Origin: Bacteroidota bacterium
GTDB lineage: Bacteria > Bacteroidota > Ignavibacteria > UBA10030
Reading direction: 5' to 3'
NCBI GenBank assembly: GCA_040882165.1
Contig: JBBEBV010000027.1
Coordinates: 1 to 43,471 of the forward strand
DNA length: 43,471 nucleotides
Shown: positions 19,813 to 29,317 of the stretch, one piece after another
How the letters are laid out: every line of letters begins with the position of its first letter
How positions within the stretch are numbered: position 1 is the first letter of the stretch
Notes under the pieces: model-generated
Databases searched by the model: none
What the model was told of the DNA's origin: nothing
The model's input: only the letters and a program-made list of their open reading frames with translations
Position numbers and translations under genes: made by a program

Positions 19813-20981
19813 GCAACGGCGTCGGCGCTGATACGGGAATAGAATTGGATTTGACCGAGGAAATGAAACTGCTTCAACGTTCTGTGCGTGATTTTGCAGA
19901 AGCGGAAATCAAACCTCACGTCATGAAGTATGATGAAGCCCAGGAGTTTCCGCTGGAAATTGTGAAAAAGATGGGCGAGCTTGGGTTCCTCGGGGTGACT
20001 GTCCCGGAGGAGCTCGGCGGGGCCGGGCTTTCCGCTTCCGAGTTCATCATCATTATGGAAGAAATCTCCCGCGTCGACCCTTCAGTGGGGCTGACGCTTG
20101 CGGCACACAGCGGCCTGTGTCTCCAGCACATTGCGATGTTTGCCAATCCGGACCAGCGGAGGAGGTTCATTCCCGACCTTGCCACAGGAGCGAAAATCGG
20201 CGCGTGGTGTTTGACGGAGCCTGGGTCGGGGAGCGATGCCTCCGGATTGAAGACATCCGCCACGGCGGAAGGCGATTCGTACCTGGTGAACGGTTCGAAA
20301 TGTTTTATCACCAACGGCTCCTACGCCTCGACCTATGTTGTGATGGCAAAAACCGATCCAACGCAGGGGAACAGGGGTATTTCTGCCCTCATTGTTGAGC
20401 GGGAGAGGGACGGGGTCAGCGTCGGCAAAAAGGAGAACAAGCTGGGCATGCGGGCGAGCGATACCGTGACGATGATGTTCGACCATGTCCGCGTGCCAAA
20501 GGAGAACCTCCTGGGAAATGCAGGGGAAGGGTTCAAGCAGGCCCTGGCCGTTCTTGACAGCGGCAGGGTGGGAATCGCAGCCCTCTCGGTGGGATTGGCG
20601 CAGGGGGCGCTTGATGCAGCGATCCGTTATGCAAAGCAGCGGCAGGCGTTCGGAAAACTGATCGGTGACTTCCAGGGTATCCAGTTCAAGATAGCCGATC
20701 TGGCGACCGAGCTTGAGGCCTCCAGGCTGCTTACCCGTCGCGCTGCATTGGCGAAGTCAAAAGGCGAGGATATCAATCTCATCGCCGCCCAGGCCAAGCT
20801 CTTTGCCAGTGAGGCGGCCCAGAGGGCTGCCACGGAAGCCGTTCAGATTCACGGAGGATATGGTTTTATCAAAGAATTTCCTGTCGAGAAGTTCTACCGG
20901 GACGTAAAACTCCTTACCATTGGAGAAGGAACCTCGGAAGTACAACGGCTGGTCATCGCAAAGAACCTCCTCCATACGTAA
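19809..20981 (+). CDS. Acyl-CoA dehydrogenase (short/medium-chain type)
   Basis: 390 aa. It contains CLTEPGSGSDA...FITNG...IHGGYGF...LTIGEGTSEVQRLVI with a C-terminal catalytic Glu context. Confidence 0.92.
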   Translation: MSNGVGADTGIELDLTEEMKLLQRSVRDFAEAEIKPHVMKYDEAQEFPLEIVKKMGELGFLGVTVPEELGGAGLSASEFIIIMEEISRVDPSVGLTLAAHSGLCLQHIAMFANPDQRRRFIPDLATGAKIGAWCLTEPGSGSDASGLKTSATAEGDSYLVNGSKCFITNGSYASTYVVMAKTDPTQGNRGISALIVERERDGVSVGKKENKLGMRASDTVTMMFDHVRVPKENLLGNAGEGFKQALAVLDSGRVGIAALSVGLAQGALDAAIRYAKQRQAFGKLIGDFQGIQFKIADLATELEASRLLTRRAALAKSKGEDINLIAAQAKLFASEAAQRAATEAVQIHGGYGFIKEFPVEKFYRDVKLLTIGEGTSEVQRLVIAKNLLHT

Positions 20982-20999
20982 TTCCCAACCACGGGGTCC

Positions 21000-23900
21000 A
21001 TGAAAAAACAAACTCTCTACGGCATTATTGCGCTTCTGTTCATCATCTCCGGCGCGACAGGTTTAATGTACCAGGTGGTATGGTTCAAATACCTCTCACT
21101 GTTCCTCGGCAACACAACCTATGCACAAACCGTTGTCCTTGCAACATTTATGGGGGGATTGGCGATCGGTGCGGCGCTTTGGGGCCGGCGCGCGGACACT
21201 TCGAAACGCCCGCTATTTCTCTACGCCGTGCTGGAGATCGTGATCGGTGTCTACTGTCTGTTCTATCCAACGCTTCTCGACTGGTGTAAATCAGCCTTCA
21301 CCAGTGTTGTCATTTCCCTCCAACTGCAAAGCGACAGTACGGAAGTTCTCATGCTGAAGCTGGTGGTGAGCCTCCTCACCCTGCTCTTTCCCACCATCCT
21401 GATGGGGGGGACGTTGCCGATCCTCGTCCGGTTTATTTCGGAAAGGATCGAGGACGCGGGGCGCAATGTCGCGACGCTCTATTTCTTGAACAGCTTCGGC
21501 GCCGTTGTCGGATCCCTGTTGGCCGGGTTCTCCCTTATTCCGCTGGTCGGCCTCTCGGTGACGGTGTACTCTGCGGCCGTCACCAATATTCTCATAGGTT
21601 TTGTCTCGCTGATTCTGGTCTGGATGGGGCAACGTCTCCCTGTTGGAGAGACTTTGCCCCGGAAGGAAGCGGACACCCGCATCGATCCCCCCGCAGAAGT
21701 TGATCAAGTCCTGTATTCGTTCTCTTCCCGACAGGTGACCATGGCACTTGTTGTGGCGGGTCTGTCCGGCCTGACATCGATGATCTACGAAGTGACCTGG
21801 GTCCGGTTGATGATCCCTGTCCTCGGCTCCTCCACCTACTCGTACTCCTTGATGGTGGTTGCCTTCATCTCCGGCATCACGGTCGGAAGTTGGCTCGTCT
21901 CAGCGCTCTTCGGAAAGATAAGAAATCTCTTCGGATTTTTGGCTCTCTGTCAGCTTGGCGTCGGTCTCTCCATGGCATTGACATTACCCCTGTATGGAAT
22001 GATCCCGTACATTTTCTGGCAGGTTGGCCATATGCTCAGCCGGACCACCGGCGCCTATCCCTTTTATCTTGGGAGCCAGTTTTTATTCAGTTTCCTGATC
22101 ATGTTCATCCCCACAATTTTCCTCGGCATGACATTGCCGGTTGCAAGCCGGATTGCCATTCGGAATATGGCAGTGCTGGGGCGATCGGTCGGGAATGTGT
22201 TTTCCGTGAATACCATGGGAACCGTGATCGGATCCCTCGCTGCCGGACTTCTTCTCATACCCACGATCGGAGTGCGTCATGCTATGGAGGTTGCGATGGT
22301 CGTGAACATCGTGCTGGCCGCGGGCGTGGTTGCGCTCGATACGGATGCACGAGTTCGTCGACGCCTGGCCATCCTTATCCCATGCGGAATCATCATCCTG
22401 GGATATTTTTCCCTGAGTGCGGATTGGAACCGGTCGGTGATGCTTTCCGGCACCTTCCGGAACATTGCCCGGAATGTCGATCCCCCTTCCAGTTATGCGG
22501 AATTCAAACAAACAACTGAGCGGGTGAAGGTACTCTATTATAAAGAAGGGACTTCGATGACGGTGGGGGTTGTTGAGGGGCGCGGCGCGTTAGGGGAGCA
22601 AAAAATCCTTATGCTGAATGGCAAGGCAGATGCGTCATCGAAAGTCGACCTCCCGACGCAGGTGCTGCTTGGACAGATCCCGATGCTTCTCCATCCCCAT
22701 GCTGAAACGGCGCTGGTCATCGGTTACGGCAGCGGTGTCACTGTGGGGAGCATACTGACCCATCCCGTGAAGAAGGTCGAGTGTGTGGAAATTTCGTCGG
22801 AAGTGATTGAAGCGTCTGTGCATTTTGAAGAGGTGAACAACAAGCCGTTGCAGGACCCGCGTGTCCGGATCGTCATCGACGACGCGCTCTCCTTCCTGAA
22901 CCTCACCTTGGGCCGGTACGATGTCATTGTCAGCGAGCCGTCCAACCCATGGATTGCCGGGATAGGTAATCTCTACACGCTGGAGTTCCTCCGGGAATGC
23001 AGGAATCGCCTTCGTCCGGGTGGGCTGATGGTCCAATGGGTGCAGCTGTATGAAACGAACGATGAAATCTTCAAAATGATTGCCAGGACGTTCCAATCCG
23101 TTTTCCCGAACGTCTCAGTGTGGCAATCGCTCGTCGGGGATGTTCTGCTCGTGGGTTCGATGGACCCGCAGGTTCCCGATGAGCAACTCCTGCAACGGAA
23201 ACTTTCGGAGGACCCGGTCCGGCTTGACCTCAAACGCATCGACGTAACCGACGTCGCGACGGTGTATTCCCTCCGCATGCTTTCTCAGGAGCGACTTCGG
23301 GAGTACGCTGGACTTGGTCCCATGAATACGGAACAGCTTCCCTTGCTTGAGTATTGGGCCCCCCGTGCGCTGTTCATGAATGAAGGAAGTACTCAACTGC
23401 ACCGGTTCGATGAACGTACTTCGTTTGGAGCGGTCCCCTCGTGGCTGGGGAAGTATTCCTTGAGTCAGGGCCTGACGGATACGGAGCGTCTGAACGTCGG
23501 GCTCTTCCATTCGGAATCGACGCGCGGCAACAGGGTGCTGGCCTACGCCATGCTCGCCGAGTATGTCCGGTCTCATCCTGATGATTTCCGGGCTCTTTGG
23601 GAACTGGCATCGTTGTGCGGGCAGTTGAACAGGGGCCAGGAGCAACTCCAGCATCAGCGCCGGTTGGCCGAACTCCGGCCGGACGATCCGGAAATGATCA
23701 GCGCGTATGCATGGCAAAAGTTTTCTTTTGAACGTGCCGTTGCCAGCAGTGTCGGTGGACTAGACATCCGGGTCTCGGAACAACTCTTTAAACGAAGTAT
23801 CGCCCTGACCGGCGACAGCATGTATTATCACCGGGCGAAGCTCGGTGATCTCTACTACAATGCCGGCCTCTACGCGCAAGCAGCGGAGGAGTACCGTGCC

Positions 23901-24113
23901 GTTCTCAAGATGCAGAATACGAGTGCGGAGGATAGACGTATCCGTCAGGATCTCATGCTCTATCAGCTTGCCCGGTCGCTGACGTATACCGGGGATTACA
24001 AACGCGCTTTGGGATACGCCGTACAGTCGACGATGTTCAATCCGAAGCTTGAAGAGGCAAGGAGTTTGGTCTACACACTTTGGATGAGGGGGATGCAACC
24101 CCCCGTGCAATAA
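21000..24113 (+). CDS. Fused polytopic membrane (MFS-like) / spermidine synthase-like / TPR protein
   Basis: 1037 aa. About 480 N-terminal residues are hydrophobic helices. A class-I methyltransferase/spermidine-synthase core follows (VIGYGSGVTVGS...VECVEIS...YDVIVSEPSNPW). The C-terminal tail is helical-repeat, TPR-like. Confidence 0.85.
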   Translation: MKKQTLYGIIALLFIISGATGLMYQVVWFKYLSLFLGNTTYAQTVVLATFMGGLAIGAALWGRRADTSKRPLFLYAVLEIVIGVYCLFYPTLLDWCKSAFTSVVISLQLQSDSTEVLMLKLVVSLLTLLFPTILMGGTLPILVRFISERIEDAGRNVATLYFLNSFGAVVGSLLAGFSLIPLVGLSVTVYSAAVTNILIGFVSLILVWMGQRLPVGETLPRKEADTRIDPPAEVDQVLYSFSSRQVTMALVVAGLSGLTSMIYEVTWVRLMIPVLGSSTYSYSLMVVAFISGITVGSWLVSALFGKIRNLFGFLALCQLGVGLSMALTLPLYGMIPYIFWQVGHMLSRTTGAYPFYLGSQFLFSFLIMFIPTIFLGMTLPVASRIAIRNMAVLGRSVGNVFSVNTMGTVIGSLAAGLLLIPTIGVRHAMEVAMVVNIVLAAGVVALDTDARVRRRLAILIPCGIIILGYFSLSADWNRSVMLSGTFRNIARNVDPPSSYAEFKQTTERVKVLYYKEGTSMTVGVVEGRGALGEQKILMLNGKADASSKVDLPTQVLLGQIPMLLHPHAETALVIGYGSGVTVGSILTHPVKKVECVEISSEVIEASVHFEEVNNKPLQDPRVRIVIDDALSFLNLTLGRYDVIVSEPSNPWIAGIGNLYTLEFLRECRNRLRPGGLMVQWVQLYETNDEIFKMIARTFQSVFPNVSVWQSLVGDVLLVGSMDPQVPDEQLLQRKLSEDPVRLDLKRIDVTDVATVYSLRMLSQERLREYAGLGPMNTEQLPLLEYWAPRALFMNEGSTQLHRFDERTSFGAVPSWLGKYSLSQGLTDTERLNVGLFHSESTRGNRVLAYAMLAEYVRSHPDDFRALWELASLCGQLNRGQEQLQHQRRLAELRPDDPEMISAYAWQKFSFERAVASSVGGLDIRVSEQLFKRSIALTGDSMYYHRAKLGDLYYNAGLYAQAAEEYRAVLKMQNTSAEDRRIRQDLMLYQLARSLTYTGDYKRALGYAVQSTMFNPKLEEARSLVYTLWMRGMQPPVQ

Positions 24114-24131
24114 TCATGTACCTTTACGGCC

Positions 24132-25796
24132 ATGGAGAGTATGGCACTTCTCGGAAGTGAAATAAAGCGGGATTCCGGCTACTCGAAGAACGAGGAACAC
24201 ACCCGCTCGCTTCTCCGTGCGCTGAGTCGACAAACGGACCTTGTGAAACTCGGGGGTGGTGCGGCTGCGATCGAGCGGCATCGGAAGAAGGGCAAAATGT
24301 TTGTCCGGGAGCGGATCGAGGCGTTGATCGACCCCGGGAGCCGGTTCATGGAAATCGGGTTGTTTACGGCCCATGGAATGTACGAAGAGTATGGTGGTGC
24401 CCCGTCGTCGGGCACGGTCTTCGGAATCGGCAAGATCCACGGCCGCGATGTCGTGATCGTAGCCAACGATGCGACCGTCAAGGCCGGTGCGTGGTTCCCG
24501 ATGACATGCAAGAAGAACCTCCGTGCCCAGGAGATCGCCCTTGAGAACAGGCTGCCCCTCGTCTATCTCGTCGATTCTGCGGGCGTTTTCCTTCCACTCC
24601 AGTCGGAGATTTTTCCTGACAAGGAGCACTTCGGCCGGATTTTTCGGAACAACGCCGTTTTGTCCTCCCTGGGTATCGTTCAGATTGCCGCGATTATGGG
24701 GCCGTGTGTCGCCGGCGGGGCGTACCTTCCGATCATGAGCGATGAGGCGATGATCGTCGAAGGAACAGGCAGTGTTTTCCTCGCAGGCTCTCATCTCGTC
24801 AAGGCGGCGATCGGCGAAGAGATCGATAACGAATCCCTCGGTGGCGCTTCCGTCCAATGTGAGATCAGCGGCGTGACGGATCACAAGATGAAGGACGACC
24901 GTGAATGTCTGGAAAAAATCCGCAGCATCGTTTCAAAATTGGGGAGACGGCCGCAGGCCGGGTTCAATCGTGAATCGCCGCGCCCGCCCCGATTCTCCTC
25001 CGAAGAACTGTACGGGATTATTCCCGCCGATCGGTCGAAACCCTACGATACCTTTCAGATCCTCGCACGGCTGATCGATGGAGGGGATTTCGACGAGTAT
25101 AAGGCGGGCTTCGGGAAAACCATCATCACCGGATATGCCCGGATAGACGGATGGGCGGTCGGAATCGTGGCCAACCAGCGTTCTGTGGTGAAAACTTCAG
25201 GGGGAGAGATGCAGGTCGGAGGTGTTATCTACAGCGACAGCGCCGACAAGGCAGCCCGGTTCATTATGAATTGTAATCAGAAGTTGATCCCGCTTGTTTT
25301 TCTACAGGATGTGACCGGGTTCATGGTGGGCAGCCGCGCAGAGCAGGGAGGGATCATCAAGGATGGAGCGAAGATGGTCAACGCCGTCGCCAACAGCGTT
25401 GTCCCAAAATTCACCTTTCTTATCGGCAACAGTTATGGGGCGGGGAATTACGCAATGTGCGGCAAGGCCTACGACCCGCGGTTGATCTACGCATGGCCTT
25501 CGGCACAAATCGCCGTGATGGGGGGGAAGCAGTCAAGTGAGACGCTCCTCGGAATCAAAGTCCAGGCCATGGAAAAAGGGGGAAAGCATATCACCAGTGA
25601 GGAGCAGGGGAACCTGCTGAAGGAGATTCAGGACCGCTATAATACGGAATTGGACCCCCTCTTTGCCGCGGCCCGCCTTTGGGTGGATGGAATTATCGAT
25701 CCGGTTGAAACTCGCGACCTCGTTTCCCGTGGAATAGAGATGGCAAACTGTAACCCGGACATCCCGAGGTTCAATGCCGGTATCCTTCAGACGTGA
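24132..25796 (+). CDS. Acyl-CoA carboxylase carboxyltransferase (beta) subunit, methylcrotonyl/propionyl-CoA carboxylase type
   Basis: 554 aa with duplicated crotonase-like carboxyltransferase halves (ANDATVKAGAW..., GPCVAGGAYLP..., FLQDVTGFMVG..., AGNYAMCG). Confidence 0.9.
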   Translation: MESMALLGSEIKRDSGYSKNEEHTRSLLRALSRQTDLVKLGGGAAAIERHRKKGKMFVRERIEALIDPGSRFMEIGLFTAHGMYEEYGGAPSSGTVFGIGKIHGRDVVIVANDATVKAGAWFPMTCKKNLRAQEIALENRLPLVYLVDSAGVFLPLQSEIFPDKEHFGRIFRNNAVLSSLGIVQIAAIMGPCVAGGAYLPIMSDEAMIVEGTGSVFLAGSHLVKAAIGEEIDNESLGGASVQCEISGVTDHKMKDDRECLEKIRSIVSKLGRRPQAGFNRESPRPPRFSSEELYGIIPADRSKPYDTFQILARLIDGGDFDEYKAGFGKTIITGYARIDGWAVGIVANQRSVVKTSGGEMQVGGVIYSDSADKAARFIMNCNQKLIPLVFLQDVTGFMVGSRAEQGGIIKDGAKMVNAVANSVVPKFTFLIGNSYGAGNYAMCGKAYDPRLIYAWPSAQIAVMGGKQSSETLLGIKVQAMEKGGKHITSEEQGNLLKEIQDRYNTELDPLFAAARLWVDGIIDPVETRDLVSRGIEMANCNPDIPRFNAGILQT

Positions 25797-25875
25797 CTGA
25801 GGATTGTTCCGGTAAGGTCCCGGCCATGCTCCATTCCTTTTTTCGGGAATATCACGGCTCGATCGAGTTCAGAGT

Positions 25876-26613
25876 ATGCGCGTCTGCGTAACACGATGGA
25901 TGGTGTGTGTGTCCCTTCTCGGCCTCGGCCCCCTTCCGCTCGCCGCCCAATGCGGTGACAACCCCGGACCGGATGGATTGACATGGAGTTTTGACGAAGG
26001 TGAGAATGACGGGTTTTCCCTGTTCAAAGCACTCGGCGAGCTCTTTACGCCGGAAATGATCAAGGATACCCGCCGGATTCGGGCTTATGTGCGCGATGAG
26101 CGGTTTGGTACTCTGCTTCGGCTTTGCGGAGATATGCGGGCCGTGGACGCCATTTACATGAAGTCCCTGAAGATCACACGGTACAATATCTCCCGCGCTC
26201 TGTTCCTGTCCATGATGGCGACGTTGGAACATCGCAATGTCGATGTGAAGTTGCCGGTGCTCGGAGCAGTCGGATTGCCATTGACGTTCGAAGAAGACAG
26301 CCTGTTTCTGGCACGCCGGAACAGCCTTCCCTCGCGGCTCTATCGCGACACGCCGGAGGGAGAACACGGTGACAAGGATAAACTGCAGCATTTCTTTGCC
26401 TCGGCATACATCGCCTATGCCTCCGAGTCCCGCGACGTCGCCCGTGCCTCCGGGAATTTTGTCGAGTGGGGGGAAGCGCAATTCATCGTCGGCGGCGTGG
26501 ATGACCCCCGCGATAAGCGGGCCAACAGACAGGGGGAACGGTTCGGACATGATTTGATCACGGTCAGCAACATGCTGCCGTCGGACTATTTCAACTTACG
26601 GGTGGACGACTGA
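25876..26613 (+). CDS. Hypothetical secreted protein
   Basis: 245-aa ORF with an N-terminal signal-like segment (MVCVSLLGLGPLPLAAQ). I recognise no family. The stop is 3 nt before the next gene. The antisense ORF 25852..26550 looks like a shadow. Confidence 0.6.
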   Translation: MRVCVTRWMVCVSLLGLGPLPLAAQCGDNPGPDGLTWSFDEGENDGFSLFKALGELFTPEMIKDTRRIRAYVRDERFGTLLRLCGDMRAVDAIYMKSLKITRYNISRALFLSMMATLEHRNVDVKLPVLGAVGLPLTFEEDSLFLARRNSLPSRLYRDTPEGEHGDKDKLQHFFASAYIAYASESRDVARASGNFVEWGEAQFIVGGVDDPRDKRANRQGERFGHDLITVSNMLPSDYFNLRVDD

Positions 26614-26616
26614 CGT

Positions 26617-27993
26617 ATGAAACGAATCCTTGTGGTGGATGACGAGAAGGGCGTTCGCGACTCCCTCAAGATGATCCTCGAATACGAGAAGTACGAAGTA
26701 TCGTTTGCCGAGAACGGTGAACATGCCCTGAAGCAGCTCGCTGCGACTCCGCCCGATCTCATGCTGTTGGATGTCAAAATGGCCGGCATGGATGGTCTCG
26801 AGGTTTTACAGAGCGTCCGGGAGAAAAATGTTGATCTTCCGGTGGTCATGATCTCCGGCCACGGCACCGTGGAAACCGCCGTGGAGGCCACGAAGCTCGG
26901 CGCGTTCGACTTTCTCCCAAAGCCGCTCGATCGGGACAAGCTTCTCGTCACGGTCCGAAACGCCCTTCATCAGGCAAACCTCTCGGAAGAGTACCGCAAG
27001 CTGCGGGAGTCAGTCGAAGGGAAGTGGCGGATTCTTGGCGAGAGTCTGAAAATCAAGGAAATTCTCTCTCTCATCGACCGGGTCGCACCGACCGACGTGC
27101 GCGTGCTGATCACCGGGGAAAATGGAACGGGCAAGGAACTCGTGGCGCGCGCCCTCCATCGGAAAAGTAAGCGGACATCCAAACCTCTCGTGGAAGTCAA
27201 TTGTGCCGCCATCCCGGCGGAGTTGATCGAGTCGGAACTCTTTGGGCATGAGAAGGGATCGTTTACCGGCGCCACAGCACAACGCGTCGGCAAGTTCGAG
27301 CAGGCCGATGGCGGGACGTTGTTTCTTGATGAGATCGGGGATATGAGCCTTCAGGCGCAGGCGAAGGTGCTGAGGGTGTTGGAGGAAGGAAAGGTGGAAC
27401 GAGTAGGGGGCAATAAGCTGATCCCTGTCGACGTCCGGGTGATCGCTGCCACCAATAAGGAGATCCAGGAACAGGTACAAGGGGGAAATTTCAGGGACGA
27501 TCTGTATCATCGACTCAAGGTTATTCCCATTCACGTCCCACCGTTGCGGGAACGACGTGAGGATATTCCGTTGCTGGCAGAAGCATTTCTGGAGGAGGTT
27601 TGCGCGCGGAACGGTTTGCCCCGCAAGTCGTTCCCGGAGGAGGCACTTGGGAAGCTTTCATCGCTTGCGTGGCCGGGTAATGTGCGGGAGTTGAAGAATA
27701 CCGTAGAGCGGTTGGCGATCCTTTCCCCGGGAATGTCGATTGACCTTGCGCTTCTCGACGCCGGGGTGGTTCAGGGGAGGGGGGAATTCGATTCGATCCT
27801 GAATGCGGGGGGGACGTTCCAGGAGTTTAAGGAGCGGGCGGAGGCGGCCTTTATCAAGAAGCAGCTCGAGTTGAACAAATGGAATATTTCCAAGACAGCG
27901 GAATCACTGGACATACAGCGAAGCCACCTCTACACGAAAATGAAACGGTACGGGTTGATGAAGGAAGGGGAGGCGGAAACCTCTGAGACGTAA
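26617..27993 (+). CDS. Sigma-54-dependent Fis-family response regulator (NtrC-like)
   Basis: The receiver has VVDDEK, LLDVKM and PKP. The AAA+ core has [18 protein letters not shown] and TLFLDEIG. The C-terminal HTH is [20 protein letters not shown]. Confidence 0.92.
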   Translation: MKRILVVDDEKGVRDSLKMILEYEKYEVSFAENGEHALKQLAATPPDLMLLDVKMAGMDGLEVLQSVREKNVDLPVVMISGHGTVETAVEATKLGAFDFLPKPLDRDKLLVTVRNALHQANLSEEYRKLRESVEGKWRILGESLKIKEILSLIDRVAPTDVRVLITGENGTGKELVARALHRKSKRTSKPLVEVNCAAIPAELIESELFGHEKGSFTGATAQRVGKFEQADGGTLFLDEIGDMSLQAQAKVLRVLEEGKVERVGGNKLIPVDVRVIAATNKEIQEQVQGGNFRDDLYHRLKVIPIHVPPLRERREDIPLLAEAFLEEVCARNGLPRKSFPEEALGKLSSLAWPGNVRELKNTVERLAILSPGMSIDLALLDAGVVQGRGEFDSILNAGGTFQEFKERAEAAFIKKQLELNKWNISKTAESLDIQRSHLYTKMKRYGLMKEGEAETSET

Positions 27994-28076
27994 CCACGGA
28001 TGGTGCACCGATGGGGGCTGTTGGCAAGAGAGCTTCCTTGAGACCTCCGGGTCCGTACGCGATATTGCTTATCCTC

Positions 28077-28826
28077 CTAAGATTGCTTACCCGGCTTCCG
28101 TCTCTTCCTTGCCGCTTCGTACAGAACCAATCCCCCCGCGACCGACGCATTGAGCGACCCGATCTTTCCGTACATCGGAATCGTGACAAGAAAATCACAT
28201 TTCTCTTTGACCAGTCGACGCATTCCCTTTCCTTCACTCCCCACGACGATCGCGATCGGACCGTTGAAGTCCACATCATCGTAGTGGCGATCTCCCCCTA
28301 TCTCCGTGCCTATAATCCAGCACCCCTTTTCCTTGAGCGATTCCAAGGCCTGGGCGATGTTGGTGACGCGTGCGACCGGGAGGTGCAGTGCGGCCCCCGC
28401 TGAAGTTTTGACCACCGTTTGATTGACTGTGGTCGAGTGATGTTTGGGGATGACCACTCCGTGGACACCGGCACACTCCGCGGTGCGTATCAGCGCGCCG
28501 AGGTTATGCGGATCCTCGATTTCATCCAGCACAAGGACAAATGGTGGCTCACCCTGTTCCCGGGCCATGGCCAGTATTTCCTCCACCTCGACATACTCTT
28601 TCACACCAACCTGGGCTGCAACCCCCTGGGCGGCTTCGTCGTCGCACATTGCCTTGAACCGATGCTTGTCCACCTCCCCCACGGGGATGCCGCGTTGTTT
28701 CGCAAGGCGCCGGATTTGCTGGATGGCGCCTCCGTGTGAGCCGAAGAGGATGAAGATCTTTTCCAGCGCGCTCCCCGATTGAAGCGCCTCGAGTACCGGT
28801 TGTCGCCCTGTCAGCATGGTTGTCAT
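28077..28826 (-). CDS. rlmB: TrmH-family 23S rRNA (Gm2251) 2'-O-methyltransferase RlmB-like
   Basis: An N-terminal substrate-binding domain is followed by SPOUT motifs (LVLDEIEDPHNLGALIRTA, VVGSEGKGM, IPMYGKIGSLNASVA). Confidence 0.87.
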   Translation of the reverse strand: MTTMLTGRQPVLEALQSGSALEKIFILFGSHGGAIQQIRRLAKQRGIPVGEVDKHRFKAMCDDEAAQGVAAQVGVKEYVEVEEILAMAREQGEPPFVLVLDEIEDPHNLGALIRTAECAGVHGVVIPKHHSTTVNQTVVKTSAGAALHLPVARVTNIAQALESLKEKGCWIIGTEIGGDRHYDDVDFNGPIAIVVGSEGKGMRRLVKEKCDFLVTIPMYGKIGSLNASVAGGLVLYEAARKRRKPGKQS

Positions 28827-29317
28827 AAAGAGGGAGAGGGGGAACCCGGAGCCGTGGAAGTTGGACCGGATGAAGCGTAGGCCGCGCGCAGCCGTTCCAG
28901 CCGGCGCTGGTCACGTTTTTCGAGGTAGAGACCGAGAAGGAAAACACCGATACCGGAGAGAAAGAAATATAAGTCCATCCACATATTTCCCAACAAGCCG
29001 TACATGAAGCCGAAGGCCGTCGTCACCATCCCAAGGGCTTCGAGAAATTTCCCCGCATAGAAAGCGAAAGACGGTTTGGGTGCTTTGGTCATGACGCCGG
29101 CCAGCTGGGCCCCGGAGGTCACACTTCGCAACACATGCGTTCCGTCCACGACCACAACGGGAACGGCAAGAAAGTATTCATCGTACTTTGGGTGATCCGG
29201 ATGGAGATCGATCTCGCGAAGCTCGAACGGAGCAAGCCGCTGCTTCTCCTTCAGCAACTTCCTGACCTCCTTACACAGTCCGCATCCCTCCGTGACGTAT
29301 AGTTCAATCACCTGCAT
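28823..29317 (-). CDS. Glutaredoxin-like thioredoxin-fold protein with a C-terminal membrane anchor
   Basis: The start is set at MQVIELYVTEGCGLCKEV (CxxC motif). The thioredoxin-like domain is followed by two hydrophobic helices (ALGMVTTAFGFMYGLLG, LYFFLSGIGVFLLGLYL). It has a TGATG overlap with the lgt stop and an ATGA overlap with the rlmB start. Confidence 0.7.
   Translation of the reverse strand: MQVIELYVTEGCGLCKEVRKLLKEKQRLAPFELREIDLHPDHPKYDEYFLAVPVVVVDGTHVLRSVTSGAQLAGVMTKAPKPSFAFYAGKFLEALGMVTTAFGFMYGLLGNMWMDLYFFLSGIGVFLLGLYLEKRDQRRLERLRAAYASSGPTSTAPGSPSPSL

Noticed and set aside
24114-24884. 256-aa minus-strand ORF.
   Set aside because: It lies antisense to the 5' half of the carboxyltransferase gene. 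It is a shadow ORF.
25852-26550. 232-aa minus-strand ORF opposite the hypothetical secreted protein.
   Set aside because: The plus-strand frame has a signal peptide, abuts the next gene in operon fashion and has more protein-like composition. Support is weaker here than for the other rejections, because neither frame has a recognised family.
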